NCBI GenBank assembly: GCA_963779755.1
Contig: CAVZZO010000003.1
Location: 384,001 to 448,000, forward strand
Length of the DNA stretch: 64,000 nt
Direction of reading: 5' to 3'
Source: an uncultured Gemmatimonadales bacterium
Lineage (GTDB): Bacteria; Gemmatimonadota; Gemmatimonadetes; Gemmatimonadales; GWC2-71-9
Position numbers and translations under genes: made by a program. Positions 1-9,840 of the stretch are shown in pieces; position 1 is the stretch's first letter, and every line of letters begins with the position of its first letter. The notes under the pieces were generated by a model. That model had not been told where the DNA came from. It saw only the letters and a program-made list of their open reading frames with translations, and searched no databases.

Positions 1-102
1 TCCTTCACAATCCTACGCTTCCACAGCGCGACCGCTAGAGGCCTGGGAGATGGGCCAACGGGCGGCGCGACCGGCCCGTCTGCTGGACGCACTTGTTAGA
101 CG

Positions 103-1182
103 GCGCGGATTCATATACTAAGTGCAACAACGGAAGGCGACGAAAGCGGTGATCTGACAGCAAGTAGACTTCTCTGTCCGCCAAGACAAGGAAGCCGACC
201 ATGAACTACCGCCAGATCACCGCCGCTGAACGGTACCCCTCGGCCTGCTTCGCCGACAGGGGCTGACGGCGGCAGCCATCGCGCGCCTCCTCGGTCGCCA
301 CCGCAGCACCATCGGCCGCGAGGTCCGGCGCAACCGCACCCACCACGACGGGGGCTACCGCCCCCAGCTCGCCGACTGGTACGCGCGGGGCCGGCGGAGC
401 CACTCGCGCCGCAACACCCGGTTCACCGCCACGGATTGGGCGGAGGTGGAACGCCTGGTGCGCGAGGACTGGAGCCCCGAACAGATCGCCGGCCGCCTCG
501 CCGCGGACGGACACCTCGCCATCAGTCACGAGACGATCTATCGGTACGTCTGGGCGGACCGCGCGGACGGCGGCACGCTCTACCAGCACCTCCGCGGCGC
601 CCGCAAGCAGCGCCGCAAACGGTACGGGCGCTACGACAGCGGGGCCGCCTGGCCGGGAAGCGGATGATCACGGAGCGGCCTGCGATCATCGAAGGCCGCA
701 GCCAGGTCGGTCACTGGGAAGGCGACACCGTCCTCGGCGCGGGACAGGCCGGCCCCTGCGTGCTGACGCTGGTGGAACGGAAGACCGGCTATCTGATGCT
801 CGGCCAACTCCACCAGCGGACGACCACCGCCGTCACGCGCCGGGCGACGCAGCTGATTCATCGGGAAGCTCGCCCGGTGCGCCCATCACCGTGGACAACG
901 GCACCGAGTTCCATGACTACGCGGCGATCGAACGGGAGACCGCCACGCGCTTCTACTTCGCCACGCCGCACCACAGCTGGGAGCGCGGAACCAACGAGAA
1001 CACCAACGGCCTGCTGCGGCAGTACCTCCGAAAGGCCACTCTATGGCGCACCTCACCCAGGCCGCGTGTGATCGCCTCGCCGCAAACTCAACCGCCGCCC
1101 CGGAAGCGCCTCCTCTACCGCACCCCGGAGGAATGCTATGCACGATGAGGCTCAGTGTTGCACTACAAACTTGATATCAGAC
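103..1182 (+). mobile_element. IS30-family insertion sequence
   Basis: Imperfect terminal IRs sharing AGTGCAACA (121-129 / 1156-1164), an apparent 2-bp CG target duplication, and an IS30-type transposase inside. Confidence 0.85.
201..1148 (+). pseudogene. IS30-family transposase, frameshifted
   Basis: MNYRQITAAERY start; WSPEQIAGRL, ISHETIYRYV, GHWEGDTV, DNGTEF and WERGTNENTNGLLRQY motifs are spread over several frames. Confidence 0.9.
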
Positions 1183-1211
1183 CGCTACTTGGCCGGAACT
1201 GAAGTTGGCCT

Positions 1212-1735
1212 CTACCGTGCCTTGGTTACATAGATGCGCTGGACTGTCTCTCTCGGCAGCCAGTGAATTGACTCGTCTTTGAACCGTATCTGAACCGCTT
1301 TCCGGGTGCTACCGTCCTCAAACACGTGGCTATTCGCGAAACCAGTTACGGTACCAATGAACGACTTGTCGGTCGTCAGGTATAGTTCCGTACCCACCAG
1401 AGGTTTGCAACGAGCTGCTGCCACTGGGGCCCGAGGGGGCGATGACGGGGGCTTCTGGTGTGGCTGGGATGCCGCGGGAGAAGGTCCGCTGGTTTGGACC
1501 AGCTAAGTTGGGCTTCGCAGCCGTCTGGTTGCCGGAGGACCGATGGGGAATTGAGTACGGGTGTTCCGCCACCAGGTAAGGCCCTCAACAGCATGATGAG
1601 CAAGAGTCCGCCTAGGACCACGATGGCGAAAGGTGACAAGGGCTTCTTGTGCGGAGCCTGTTTGCCGCACTGAGGGCAAACCTTTGCATCAGATCTGATT
1701 GAAGCACCGCATTCGCTACAAGGGCGAAGCGCCAT
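1212..1735 (-). CDS. Cassette: zinc-ribbon membrane protein (apparent frameshift)
   Basis: CxxC-x10-CxxC N-terminus followed by a TM helix; the C-terminal part continues in ORF 1212-1424. Confidence 0.6.
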
Positions 1736-1892
1736 CAGGTCCCCCCTGTTGCATGGTCAGCGGCAACGAAGTGCGCGTGTGCTGCAGCGCGATCCCTCAG
1801 GTTTTCACAAACTACGCTTCCACAGCCGCGCCGCTAGGTGGCCCGAGCGTGGGTCTACAGCCCGCGCGACCGGCCTGCAGAACGACGCGCTT

Positions 1893-2199
1893 GTTAGCTG
1901 CCGGCCGAGAGGACGCTACCTCTTCCGGCTGGGGACCCACGCTCGGAGGCACGGCCGCCGGCCGGAAGCCCAGCGGGGCGGAGGAAGATCGGATGCCTCC
2001 GAACCAGCTTGGGGCCTTCCGTGCCCCGAACGCCTCGCGGCCAGGAGTCTTGGGCGGCCCGGCGGAGTGTTCGATGCGACCCGCGCAAGGAGGCCGGTGC
2101 CGCCTCACGACGATCAAGCAGTTGAGGAAGCCCGGCGGCACCATCAGGAGCCCACCAAGAGATGAGCAACGGACAGCTTGGCTGGCTCGTGCAGCTAAC
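1893..2199 (-). other. Gene-less cassette family N1a (other copies 9193-9500, 17334-17637)
   Basis: About 305 bp between attC sites with no credible ORF; three near-identical copies, each with the same attC. Confidence 0.8.
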
Positions 2200-2322
2200 G
2201 AAGTGCGTTTCAGCGGCGGCGCGATGCCCGCTCCCCGACCGACGCTTCCGCAGTGCGACCGCACACGCCCGGGGATGCCCATCGGATAGACTGGCTCGTC
2301 CGCTGGAAACGCGAGTTAGACA

Positions 2323-2813
2323 GCGCAATCCAATGGGGACGAGCAATGACTTGGGCCCCTCGGTGCCGTGTTCTCGTGGTCCTTGCCGGTGCGAAATGAC
2401 TGAAAGTCCCGCAACTCACGCCGCTCATTCTCCTGTAGCTGGACGAGTTCTCTTACTCGCCAGATGGCCGATCTGCGGCCGTATCACCGTTAGCGGAAAC
2501 CTCGCCGTTGATGGAGGTCGATGACCAAGCTTCTCACCCTGTTCTCTCGAGGGGATCCTCAGTCGAGCCGATATATTTGCTCTGCCAAGCAACGACATAG
2601 CCCCATTCGCGATTCTTCATTATGAGAAGCAGAGAGAAGTACAGGTACTCCTGATCTCTTCTTTGCTGATCGACATCAGGAACAGCTCGTACTTTTGTGA
2701 CCGAAGGACACATACCGGGTCAAGGATGCGATTCCTGGCGCGTCCTCAAGGTGGATGCGGTCGGAGCGTGGCAGCGTGCTGTGGCTCTCTTGGCTCGAGA
2801 CGCTTCCCCCGCT
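2323..2813 (-). pseudogene. Degraded or error-rich copy of the cassette gene at 11968-12455
   Basis: Colinear with 11963-12500 but with many small deletions. Confidence 0.75.
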
Positions 2814-2947
2814 GGCTAACGAAGTGCGCGTGTGCTGCAGCGCGATCCCTCAGGTTCTCACAAACCTACGCTTCCACAGCCGCGGCGCCAGGAGGCCCGG
2901 GCGAGGGCCGGCGGTCCGCGCGACCGGCCTGCAGAACGACGCGCTTG

Positions 2948-3352
2948 TTAGGTTGCTGCAGGATGCCCGCTGCGCCGGCGCCATTCAAAGACGACGACCA
3001 GGGCGAGAACGAGCAGAATGGGAGCCGTCAGTACCCCTGGGGTATAGCCTCCTTGCTGCCAGGACCACAACGGATGACCGACGCCGTTGATGACTTCGAT
3101 GGTCACCCAGAACGTGACAATCGCTCCCGTCCCACGCCAGCCGCGCCTCACGGGCCAGATAAAGCACCAAACCCCAAAAGCAACGAGGGCGACATTGAGG
3201 ACCGCAAACCCGACCTGCCGGTTGCTCGACACTAAGCCGGTGAGAATGCGGGCTGGCGGGAAGGAGTCGTAGAGCTTGCCCAGATATTCCTCGACCGAGT
3301 GCGCTGCCTGGCCAAGTACCAGTGCTCCAAACGCCAAGTGAAAGCGAGACAT
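2948..3352 (-). CDS. Cassette: HXXEE-domain membrane protein (copy 1)
   Basis: HSVEE motif after TM1 and about 4 TM helices; the stop lies in the attC R'' box. Confidence 0.85.
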   Translation of the reverse strand: MSRFHLAFGALVLGQAAHSVEEYLGKLYDSFPPARILTGLVSSNRQVGFAVLNVALVAFGVWCFIWPVRRGWRGTGAIVTFWVTIEVINGVGHPLWSWQQGGYTPGVLTAPILLVLALVVVFEWRRRSGHPAAT

Positions 3353-3507
3353 GCTTGGCAGCAACCTAACGAAGTGCGCGTGTGCTGCAGCGCGATCCCT
3401 CAGGTTTGCACAGTCCTACGCTTCCTTAGCCGCGCCGCTAGGAGGCCCGAGCGAGGGCCGGCGACCCGCGCGACCGGCCTGCAGAACGACGCGCGTGTTA
3501 GACAGCG

Positions 3508-3750
3508 CTATCGCTGACCTTTGCGTTGTAGCACCCAAATGGCAATCAGGCACACTGGAGGAATCAAGAGGATTGCGGCGCCGCCAGTGAGGCCGGCCGG
3601 GTCGACACTGACTCCGCTCAGCCCGGGACCACTTGAGGGGAGATTGCTGAGCATGTTGATTGCACCAATGAGAATGGCACCTCCTGAGATCAGTACCCAG
3701 GCAACGCTCAGCCATACAATGCGGGATCTCGGCCAGGCACCGATCTTCAT
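3508..3750 (-). CDS. Cassette: small 2-TM hypothetical protein
   Basis: GGAGG RBS, fills the cassette, two hydrophobic segments. Confidence 0.75.
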   Translation of the reverse strand: MKIGAWPRSRIVWLSVAWVLISGGAILIGAINMLSNLPSSGPGLSGVSVDPAGLTGGAAILLIPPVCLIAIWVLQRKGQR

Positions 3751-3913
3751 GACTTGCCTCCTATTGATGCTCCGCGCTGGCTAACGGTCTGCGTTTCAGC
3801 GGCGGCGCGATGCCCCGCTCCCTCATAATCCTACGCTTCCTTACCGCGACCGCTAGATGTCCGAGCAATGCACCAGCGGCCTGCAGCACCGTGCCCGGCC
3901 GCTGCAAACGCTT

Positions 3914-4240
3914 GTTAGCTGCCGGCCGCAATGACATTCTCGGTTGCGATGACGCTGCCGGCAGGTGCGGAGTCCCCACCCCGGGAGGCCCGGCCGCCCC
4001 CTCGGAGCTCCGGCGGGGCGGAAGATCGCTGGACGCTTGTCCACCGGGAACGACGCTGACCCTGCCCCGACCGCCCCGCGGGGAGGGGCCCCGGGCGGCA
4101 TGGCGGAGCCTGCCAGACGACCCGCGCAAGGAGGCCGGTGCCGCCTCACCTCCGCCAACCAGCTGAGGAACTCCGGCGGCACCACCAGGAGCCCACCAAA
4201 AGATCAGCACTGGGAGGCCCGGCTGGCGCGTGCAGCTAAC
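3914..4240 (-). other. Gene-less cassette family N1b (related copies 4365-4690, 6082-6407, 15848-16170, 17766-18092, 20395-20769)
   Basis: About 325 bp (first cassette about 375 bp), no conserved ORF across copies, conserved GGTGCCGCC...GGCGGCACC stem. Confidence 0.8.
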
Positions 4241-4817
4241 GAAGTGCGTTTGAGCGGCGGCGCAATGCCCCGCGCTCTCACAAACCTACGCTTCCACAGT
4301 GCGGCCGCTAGATGCCGAGAACGGGCCAGCGGGCCGCGCCCCGGCCCGCCCGCTGGAAACGCTAGTTAGCTGCCGGCCGCATTGACATTCTCGGCTGCGA
4401 TGACGCTACCGGCAGGCCGGGGCCCCCACGCCGGGAGGCCCGGCCGCCCTCTCGGAGCTCCGGCGGGGCGGAGGATCGGCGGGCGCTGCCCAACGGGTAC
4501 GACGCTGACCCTGCCCCGACCGCCCCGCAGCAACGAGTTCTGGGCGGCATAGCGGAGCCTTCCAGACGACCCGCGCAAGGAGGCCGGTGCCGCCTCACCT
4601 CGACCAACCAACAGAAGGAGCTCCGGCGGCACCACCAGGAGCCCACCAAGAGATCAGCACTGGGCAGCCCGGCTGGCTCGTGCAGCTAACGAAGTGCGCG
4701 TGTGCTGCAGCGCGATCCCTCAGGTTCTCACAAACCTACGCTTCCACAGCCGCGCCGCTAGGAGGCCCGGGCGAGGGCCGGCGGTCCGCGCGACCGGCCT
4801 GCAGAACGACGCGCTTG

Positions 4818-5221
4818 TTAGGTTGCTGCAGGATGCCCGCTGCGCCGGCGCCATTCAAAGACGACGACCAGGGCGAGAACGAGCAGAATGGGAGCCGTCA
4901 GTACCCCTGGGGTATAGCCTCCTTGCTGCCAGGACCACAACGGATGACCGACGCCGTTGATGACTTCGATGGTCACCCAGAACGTGACAATCGCTCCCGT
5001 CCACGCCAGCCGCGCCTCACGGGCCAGATAAAGCACAAAACCCCAAAAGCAACGAGGGCGACATTGAGGACCGCAAACCCGACCTGCCGGTTGCTCGACA
5101 CTAAGCCGGTGAGAATGCGGGCTGGCGGGAAGGAGTCGTAGAGCTTGCCCAGATATTCCTCGACCGAGTGCGCTGCCTGGCCAAGTACCAGTGCTCCAAA
5201 CGCCAAGTGAAAGCGAGACAT
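4818..5221 (-). pseudogene. Cassette: HXXEE protein copy 2 (1-bp frameshift near 5001)
   Basis: Nearly identical to 2948-3352 but split into two ORFs. Confidence 0.8.
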
Positions 5222-5367
5222 GCTTGGCAGCAACCTAACGAAGTGCGTTTCAGCGGCGGCGCGATGCCCCGCTCCTCCACAATCCTACGCTTCCACAGCG
5301 CGACCGCTAGATCCGGGGGCAATGCACCAACAGGCAGCAGCACCGGCCCGCCCGCTGGAAACGCTAG

Positions 5368-5868
5368 TTAGGGTCGCAGGCGCTCGACACCCAAGTGAAC
5401 CGGTTTCCACGAGTCGAAACCGGTACCGATCAGCGCGCCGAGAGCACCCCACGTCAGGCCAGTACCGATTATGGCTCCGGCTTCCCCCTGACCTGCAGGT
5501 CGCTGCTCCGCTGTGCCGACCACATAGACCAAGGCCAGGCCGGCGCCCACGAGCGCACCGATCACCGCTCCTCGCCGTGCTTGGTTGCCTTGGCGTACTT
5601 CGACGAGGCTCAACCCGGCCGCGGGCCGGCGAATGGTGTCCGCGGCCCCCCTCGCAGTGCACGCGGGACTCGGGTAGCTGCAATACACGATAGTATCCGT
5701 CTGGGCACCGAGTGGCGACAGCAAACGCCCACGCGCTGGAGGAGCGAGGGACCACGTCAGACGCACCACACTCCCAACGGGGAGAACGGCTAGGGAGTCC
5801 CTCTTCTGGGCACCGGCAATCGCTGGCCACAGAAGGAGCAGGGCGACTGCAAAGAAGGCATGCCGCAT
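5368..5868 (-). CDS. Cassette: secreted or membrane hypothetical protein with Gly-rich C-terminal helices
   Basis: Signal peptide MRHAFFAVALLLLWPAIAGA and GAVIGALVGAG glycine-zipper-like segments; the stop lies in R''. Confidence 0.75.
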   Translation of the reverse strand: MRHAFFAVALLLLWPAIAGAQKRDSLAVLPVGSVVRLTWSLAPPARGRLLSPLGAQTDTIVYCSYPSPACTARGAADTIRRPAAGLSLVEVRQGNQARRGAVIGALVGAGLALVYVVGTAEQRPAGQGEAGAIIGTGLTWGALGALIGTGFDSWKPVHLGVERLRP

Positions 5869-6534
5869 GTGCCGGGCCCGTGGAAGGAGACCTTCTGCCA
5901 CTACTTGTTCTCCGTCCTCCAGCCGTGACCTAGTCGACTTGCTGCGCCCTAACGACCTGCGTTTCAGCGGCGGCGCGATGCCCCGCCCTTTCACAATCCT
6001 ACGCTTCCACAGCGCGGCCGCTAGATGTCCGAGCAATGCATCAGCGGGCGGCAGCACCGTGCCCGGCCGCTGCAAACGCTTGTTAGCTGCCGGCCGCAAT
6101 GACATTCTCGGCTGCGATGACGCTGCCGGCAGGTGCGGAGCCCCCGCGCCGGGAGGCCCGGCCGCCCACTCGAAGCCCCGGCGGGGCGGCAGATCGCTGG
6201 ACGCTGTCCACCGGGAATGAAGCTGACCCTGCCCCGACCGCCCCGCGCCGCGGTGCCTTGGGCGGCATGACGGAGCCTACCAGACGACCCGCGCACGGAG
6301 TCAGGTGCCGCCTCGGCTCCGCCAACCAACTGAGGAGCTCCGGCGGCACCACCAGGCGCCTACCAAGAGATCAGCACTGGGCGGCCCGGCTGGCGCGTGC
6401 AGCTAACGAAGTGCGCGTGTGCTGCAGCGCGATCCCTCAGGTTCTCACAAACCTACGCTTCCACAGCCGCGGCGCCAGGAGGCCCGGGCGAGGGCCGGCG
6501 GTCCGCGCGACCGGCCTGCAGAACGACGCGCTTG

Positions 6535-6939
6535 TTAGGTTGCTGCAGGATGCCCGCTGCGCCGGCGCCATTCAAAGACGACGACCAGGGCGAGAACGAG
6601 CAGAATGGGAGCCGTCAGTACCCCTGGGGTATAGCCTCCTTGCTGCCAGGACCACAACGGATGACCGACGCCGTTGATGACTTCGATGGTCACCCAGAAC
6701 GTGACAATCGCTCCCGTCCCACGCCAGCCGCGCCTCACGGGCCAGATAAAGCACCAAACCCCAAAAGCAACGAGGGCGACATTGAGGACCGCAAACCCGA
6801 CCTGCCGGTTGCTCGACACTAAGCCGGTGAGAATGCGGGCTGGCGGGAAGGAGTCGTAGAGCTTGCCCAGATATTCCTCGACCGAGTGCGCTGCCTGGCC
6901 AAGTACCAGTGCTCCAAACGCCAAGTGAAAGCGAGACAT
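6535..6939 (-). CDS. Cassette: HXXEE protein copy 3
   Basis: Same protein as 2948-3352. Confidence 0.85.
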   Translation of the reverse strand: MSRFHLAFGALVLGQAAHSVEEYLGKLYDSFPPARILTGLVSSNRQVGFAVLNVALVAFGVWCFIWPVRRGWRGTGAIVTFWVTIEVINGVGHPLWSWQQGGYTPGVLTAPILLVLALVVVFEWRRRSGHPAAT

Positions 6940-7082
6940 GCTTGGCAGCAACCTAACGAAGTGCGCGTGTGCTGCAGCGCGATCCTTCAGGATTTCACAA
7001 ACCTACGCTTCCTTAGCCGCGCCGCCAGGAGGCCTAGGAAGGGCCGGCGGACCGCGCGACCGGCCTGCAGAACGACGCGCTT

Positions 7083-7376
7083 GTTAGCAACCAGCTGCGC
7101 ACGGCGGCCTAGGCTAGCGCGGAGCCCGCGCGCGAAGCCCTGGCCGCCGCTGGGAACGGTGCGGCGCGGGGACGGCCCGGTGGCGTGGAACTCTGACGGC
7201 ACCTGCCCTGCCCCGACCGCGCCGGGCTCCAGAAGCCCTGGGCGGCGGATTCGTTTGAGCCTTTCTGCACGGAGGCGGGGCCGCCCGCAAGGAGTTGCTC
7301 TCGGGTTCCTGAGCTCCGCGGCCCTGATGGGGCCCACCAAAGAGACCCGCTGCGGTGCCTCGCTTGTGTTGCTAAC
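7083..7376 (-). other. Gene-less cassette family N2 (copies 7503-7799, 9967-10263, 11182-11482, diverged 14306-14612)
   Basis: About 295-305 bp with GTTAGCAAC...GTTGCTAAC ends and no conserved ORF. Confidence 0.8.
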
Positions 7377-7927
7377 GAAGTGCGCGTGTGCTGCAGCGCG
7401 ATCCTTCAGGATGTCACAAACCTACGCTTCCTTAGCCGCGCCGCCAGGAGGCTCGGTCGATGCCAGGCAGCCAGCGCGCCCGGCCTGCAGAACGACGCGC
7501 TTGTTAGCAACCAGCTGCGCACGGCGGCCTAGGCTAGCCCGGAGCCCGCGCCCCGAAGCCCTGGCCGCCCGCTGGGAACGGTGCGGCGCGGGGACGGCCC
7601 GGTGGCGTGGAACTCTCACGGCACCTGCCCTGCCCCGACCGCGCCGGGCTCCAGGAGCCCTGGGCGGCGGATTCGTTTGAGCCTTTTTGCACGGAGGGCG
7701 GGGCCGCCCGCAAGGAGCTGCTCTCGGGTTCCTGAACTCCGCGGCCCTCATGGGGCCCACCAAAGAGACCCGCTGCGGTGCCTCGCTTGTGTTGCTAACG
7801 AAGTGCGTTTCAGCGGCGGCGCGATGCCCCAGCCCTTTCACAATCCTACGCTTCCACAGCGCGACCGCTAGATGCCGGGGCTAGGCACCAAAAGGCAGCA
7901 GCCTCGGCCCGTCCGCTGGAAACGCTA

Positions 7928-8144
7928 GTTACAAGGCAGCGCGCTCTCGCCCGCGAGCGGGACCGAACCAAGATCGCTGGGCCGCCGCAAGGAGCGTTGG
8001 GCGCCGGCACCCGCCCGAACCTTCCCGATGCGCTTTGATGCCGGGCGGCCCGAACAGCGCCCTCACGGAGCTTTGGCGGCCACCACCAGATGCTTCTCAC
8101 AACGGCAAAGAATCAAGAACAGTCCGGCTTGCCTGCCGTGTAAC
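7928..8144 (-). other. Gene-less cassette family N3 (copies 14740-14951, 16991-17207; relatives 10836-11053, 11614-11828)
   Basis: About 215 bp with no credible ORF. Confidence 0.8.
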
Positions 8145-8270
8145 GAAGTGCGCGTGTGCTGCAGCGCGATCCTTCAGGATGTCACAAACCTACGCTTCCT
8201 TAGCCGCGCCGCCAGGAGGCTCGGTCGATGCCAGGCAGCCAGCGCGACCGGCCTGCAGAACGACGCGCTT

Positions 8271-8594
8271 GTTATGTGGCAACCACGCGGGCCGACGCTC
8301 CACACCGCGCGGCGATCTCTTCGGCCGCCTCGCAGAGCCCAGGGCGACTCCCAGGCCCGCATGCCCGGCCGCGTCAGAGCACTGAGGGCGCCGGCGCGAT
8401 GATCACACCCGAAAATGCTTGGGACCTTGCCCTGCCGGCGCCCATACGGGGCCGCGGCGCCACCACTGGATCGGAGCCCGCTGGGAATCCTGGCGGCCAG
8501 CGCCACAGCGGATCACAAAAGGCCACAAGCGAGGAGCCGTTCTGACTGCTGTACAGAAAGACCCAGGAACAGTCCGGCTTCCTTGCCACATAAC
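8271..8594 (-). other. Gene-less cassette family N4 (second copy 10390-10709)
   Basis: About 320 bp with a 12-bp terminal IR GTTATGTGGCAA; indels between copies break any frame. Confidence 0.75.
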
Positions 8595-8755
8595 GAAGTG
8601 CGTTTCAGCGGCGGCGCGATGCCCCGCTCCTACATGATCCTACGCTTCCATAGCGCGACCGCTAGATCCTCCGGAGATGAACCACGAGGCCGCAGCCCCG
8701 GCCCGCCCGCTGGAAACGCTAGTTAGACAGCAGGCAAGTGAGAGGCCGAGAAGCT

Positions 8756-9010
8756 TCATTCCGATTTCAGCTCAGTGCCGCCACGAAATGCCTTGAGCTC
8801 GGCGCCAGGAGTATCGAACGCGGAGATGGTGATCTCGGAACCCTGGAGCTCAATCAGCAGCGGCGTACCGGGAGTTCCGGTGACCTCAACTTCGAGATCA
8901 CCGTGTGAACCGATCGTGTATTCACCTGTCCAAGGCTCAAGGATCACCTTGCGGGCCTCGTCGTCAAGGTTCGCCAGTCGGAGCCGGAAGGTGATCGGTT
9001 TACTGGACAT
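8756..9010 (-). CDS. Cassette: hypothetical 84-aa protein
   Basis: Fills the cassette and has protein-like composition. Confidence 0.75.
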   Translation of the reverse strand: MSSKPITFRLRLANLDDEARKVILEPWTGEYTIGSHGDLEVEVTGTPGTPLLIELQGSEITISAFDTPGAELKAFRGGTELKSE

Positions 9011-9626
9011 AGCGGGCCGTTCCACGTTGGCAATTGGCTACAATGCGAAGGGTCCTGCTGGCTAACGAAGTGCGCGTGTGCTGCAGCGCGATCCCTCAGG
9101 TTTTCACAAACCTACGCTTCCACAGCCGCGCCGCTAGGTGGCCCGAGCGTGGGTCTACAGCCCGCGCGACCGGCCTGCAGAACGACGCGCTTGTTAGCTG
9201 CCGGCCGAGAGGACGCTACCTCTTCCGGCTGGGGACCCACGCTCGGAGGCACGGCCGCCGGCCGGAAGCCCTAGCGGGGCGGAGGAAGATCGGATGCCTC
9301 CGAACCAGCTTGGGGCCTTCCGTGCCCCGAACGCCTCGCGGCCAGGAGTCTTGGGCGGCCCGGCGGAGTGTTCCATGCGACCCGCGCAAGGAGGCCGGTG
9401 CCGCCTCACGACGATCAAGCAGTTCAGGAAGCCCGGCGGCACCATCAGGAGCCCACCAAGAGATCAGCAACGGACAGCTTGGCTGGCTCGTGCAGCTAAC
9501 GAAGTGCGCGTGTGCTGCAGCGCGGTCCTTCAGGATTTCACAAACCTACGCTTCCACAGCCGCGCCGCCAGGAGGCCGGAGTGTGGGCCAGGGGCCTGCG
9601 CGACTGGCCTGCAGCACGACGCGCTT

Positions 9627-9840
9627 GTTATATGGCGAAACGCTCTCGGCCTCAACCGGAACCGGGGCCAAATGCCTGGGCCGCCTCACGGAGACCGGGG
9701 CGCCGGCACCTGTTGGAACTTCTGCCGCGCTTTGATGCATGGCGGCCCGAACAGCGCCCTCAAGGAACTTGGGCGGCCACCACCAGATGCTGTTGTACAT
9801 CAAAAGAGAACGAGCAGTCCAGCCCGTTCGACCATATAAC
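9627..9840 (-). other. Gene-less cassette family N5, related to N3 (copies 19256-19469, 19596-19809)
   Basis: 214 bp, apparently identical copies. Confidence 0.8.

Noticed and set aside
9627..9840. HDV-like ribozyme in gene-less cassettes (GTC-TCCGTGA-GGC resembles P3/L3)
   Set aside because: I could not build consistent P1 and P2 helices, so it is not supported by eye.
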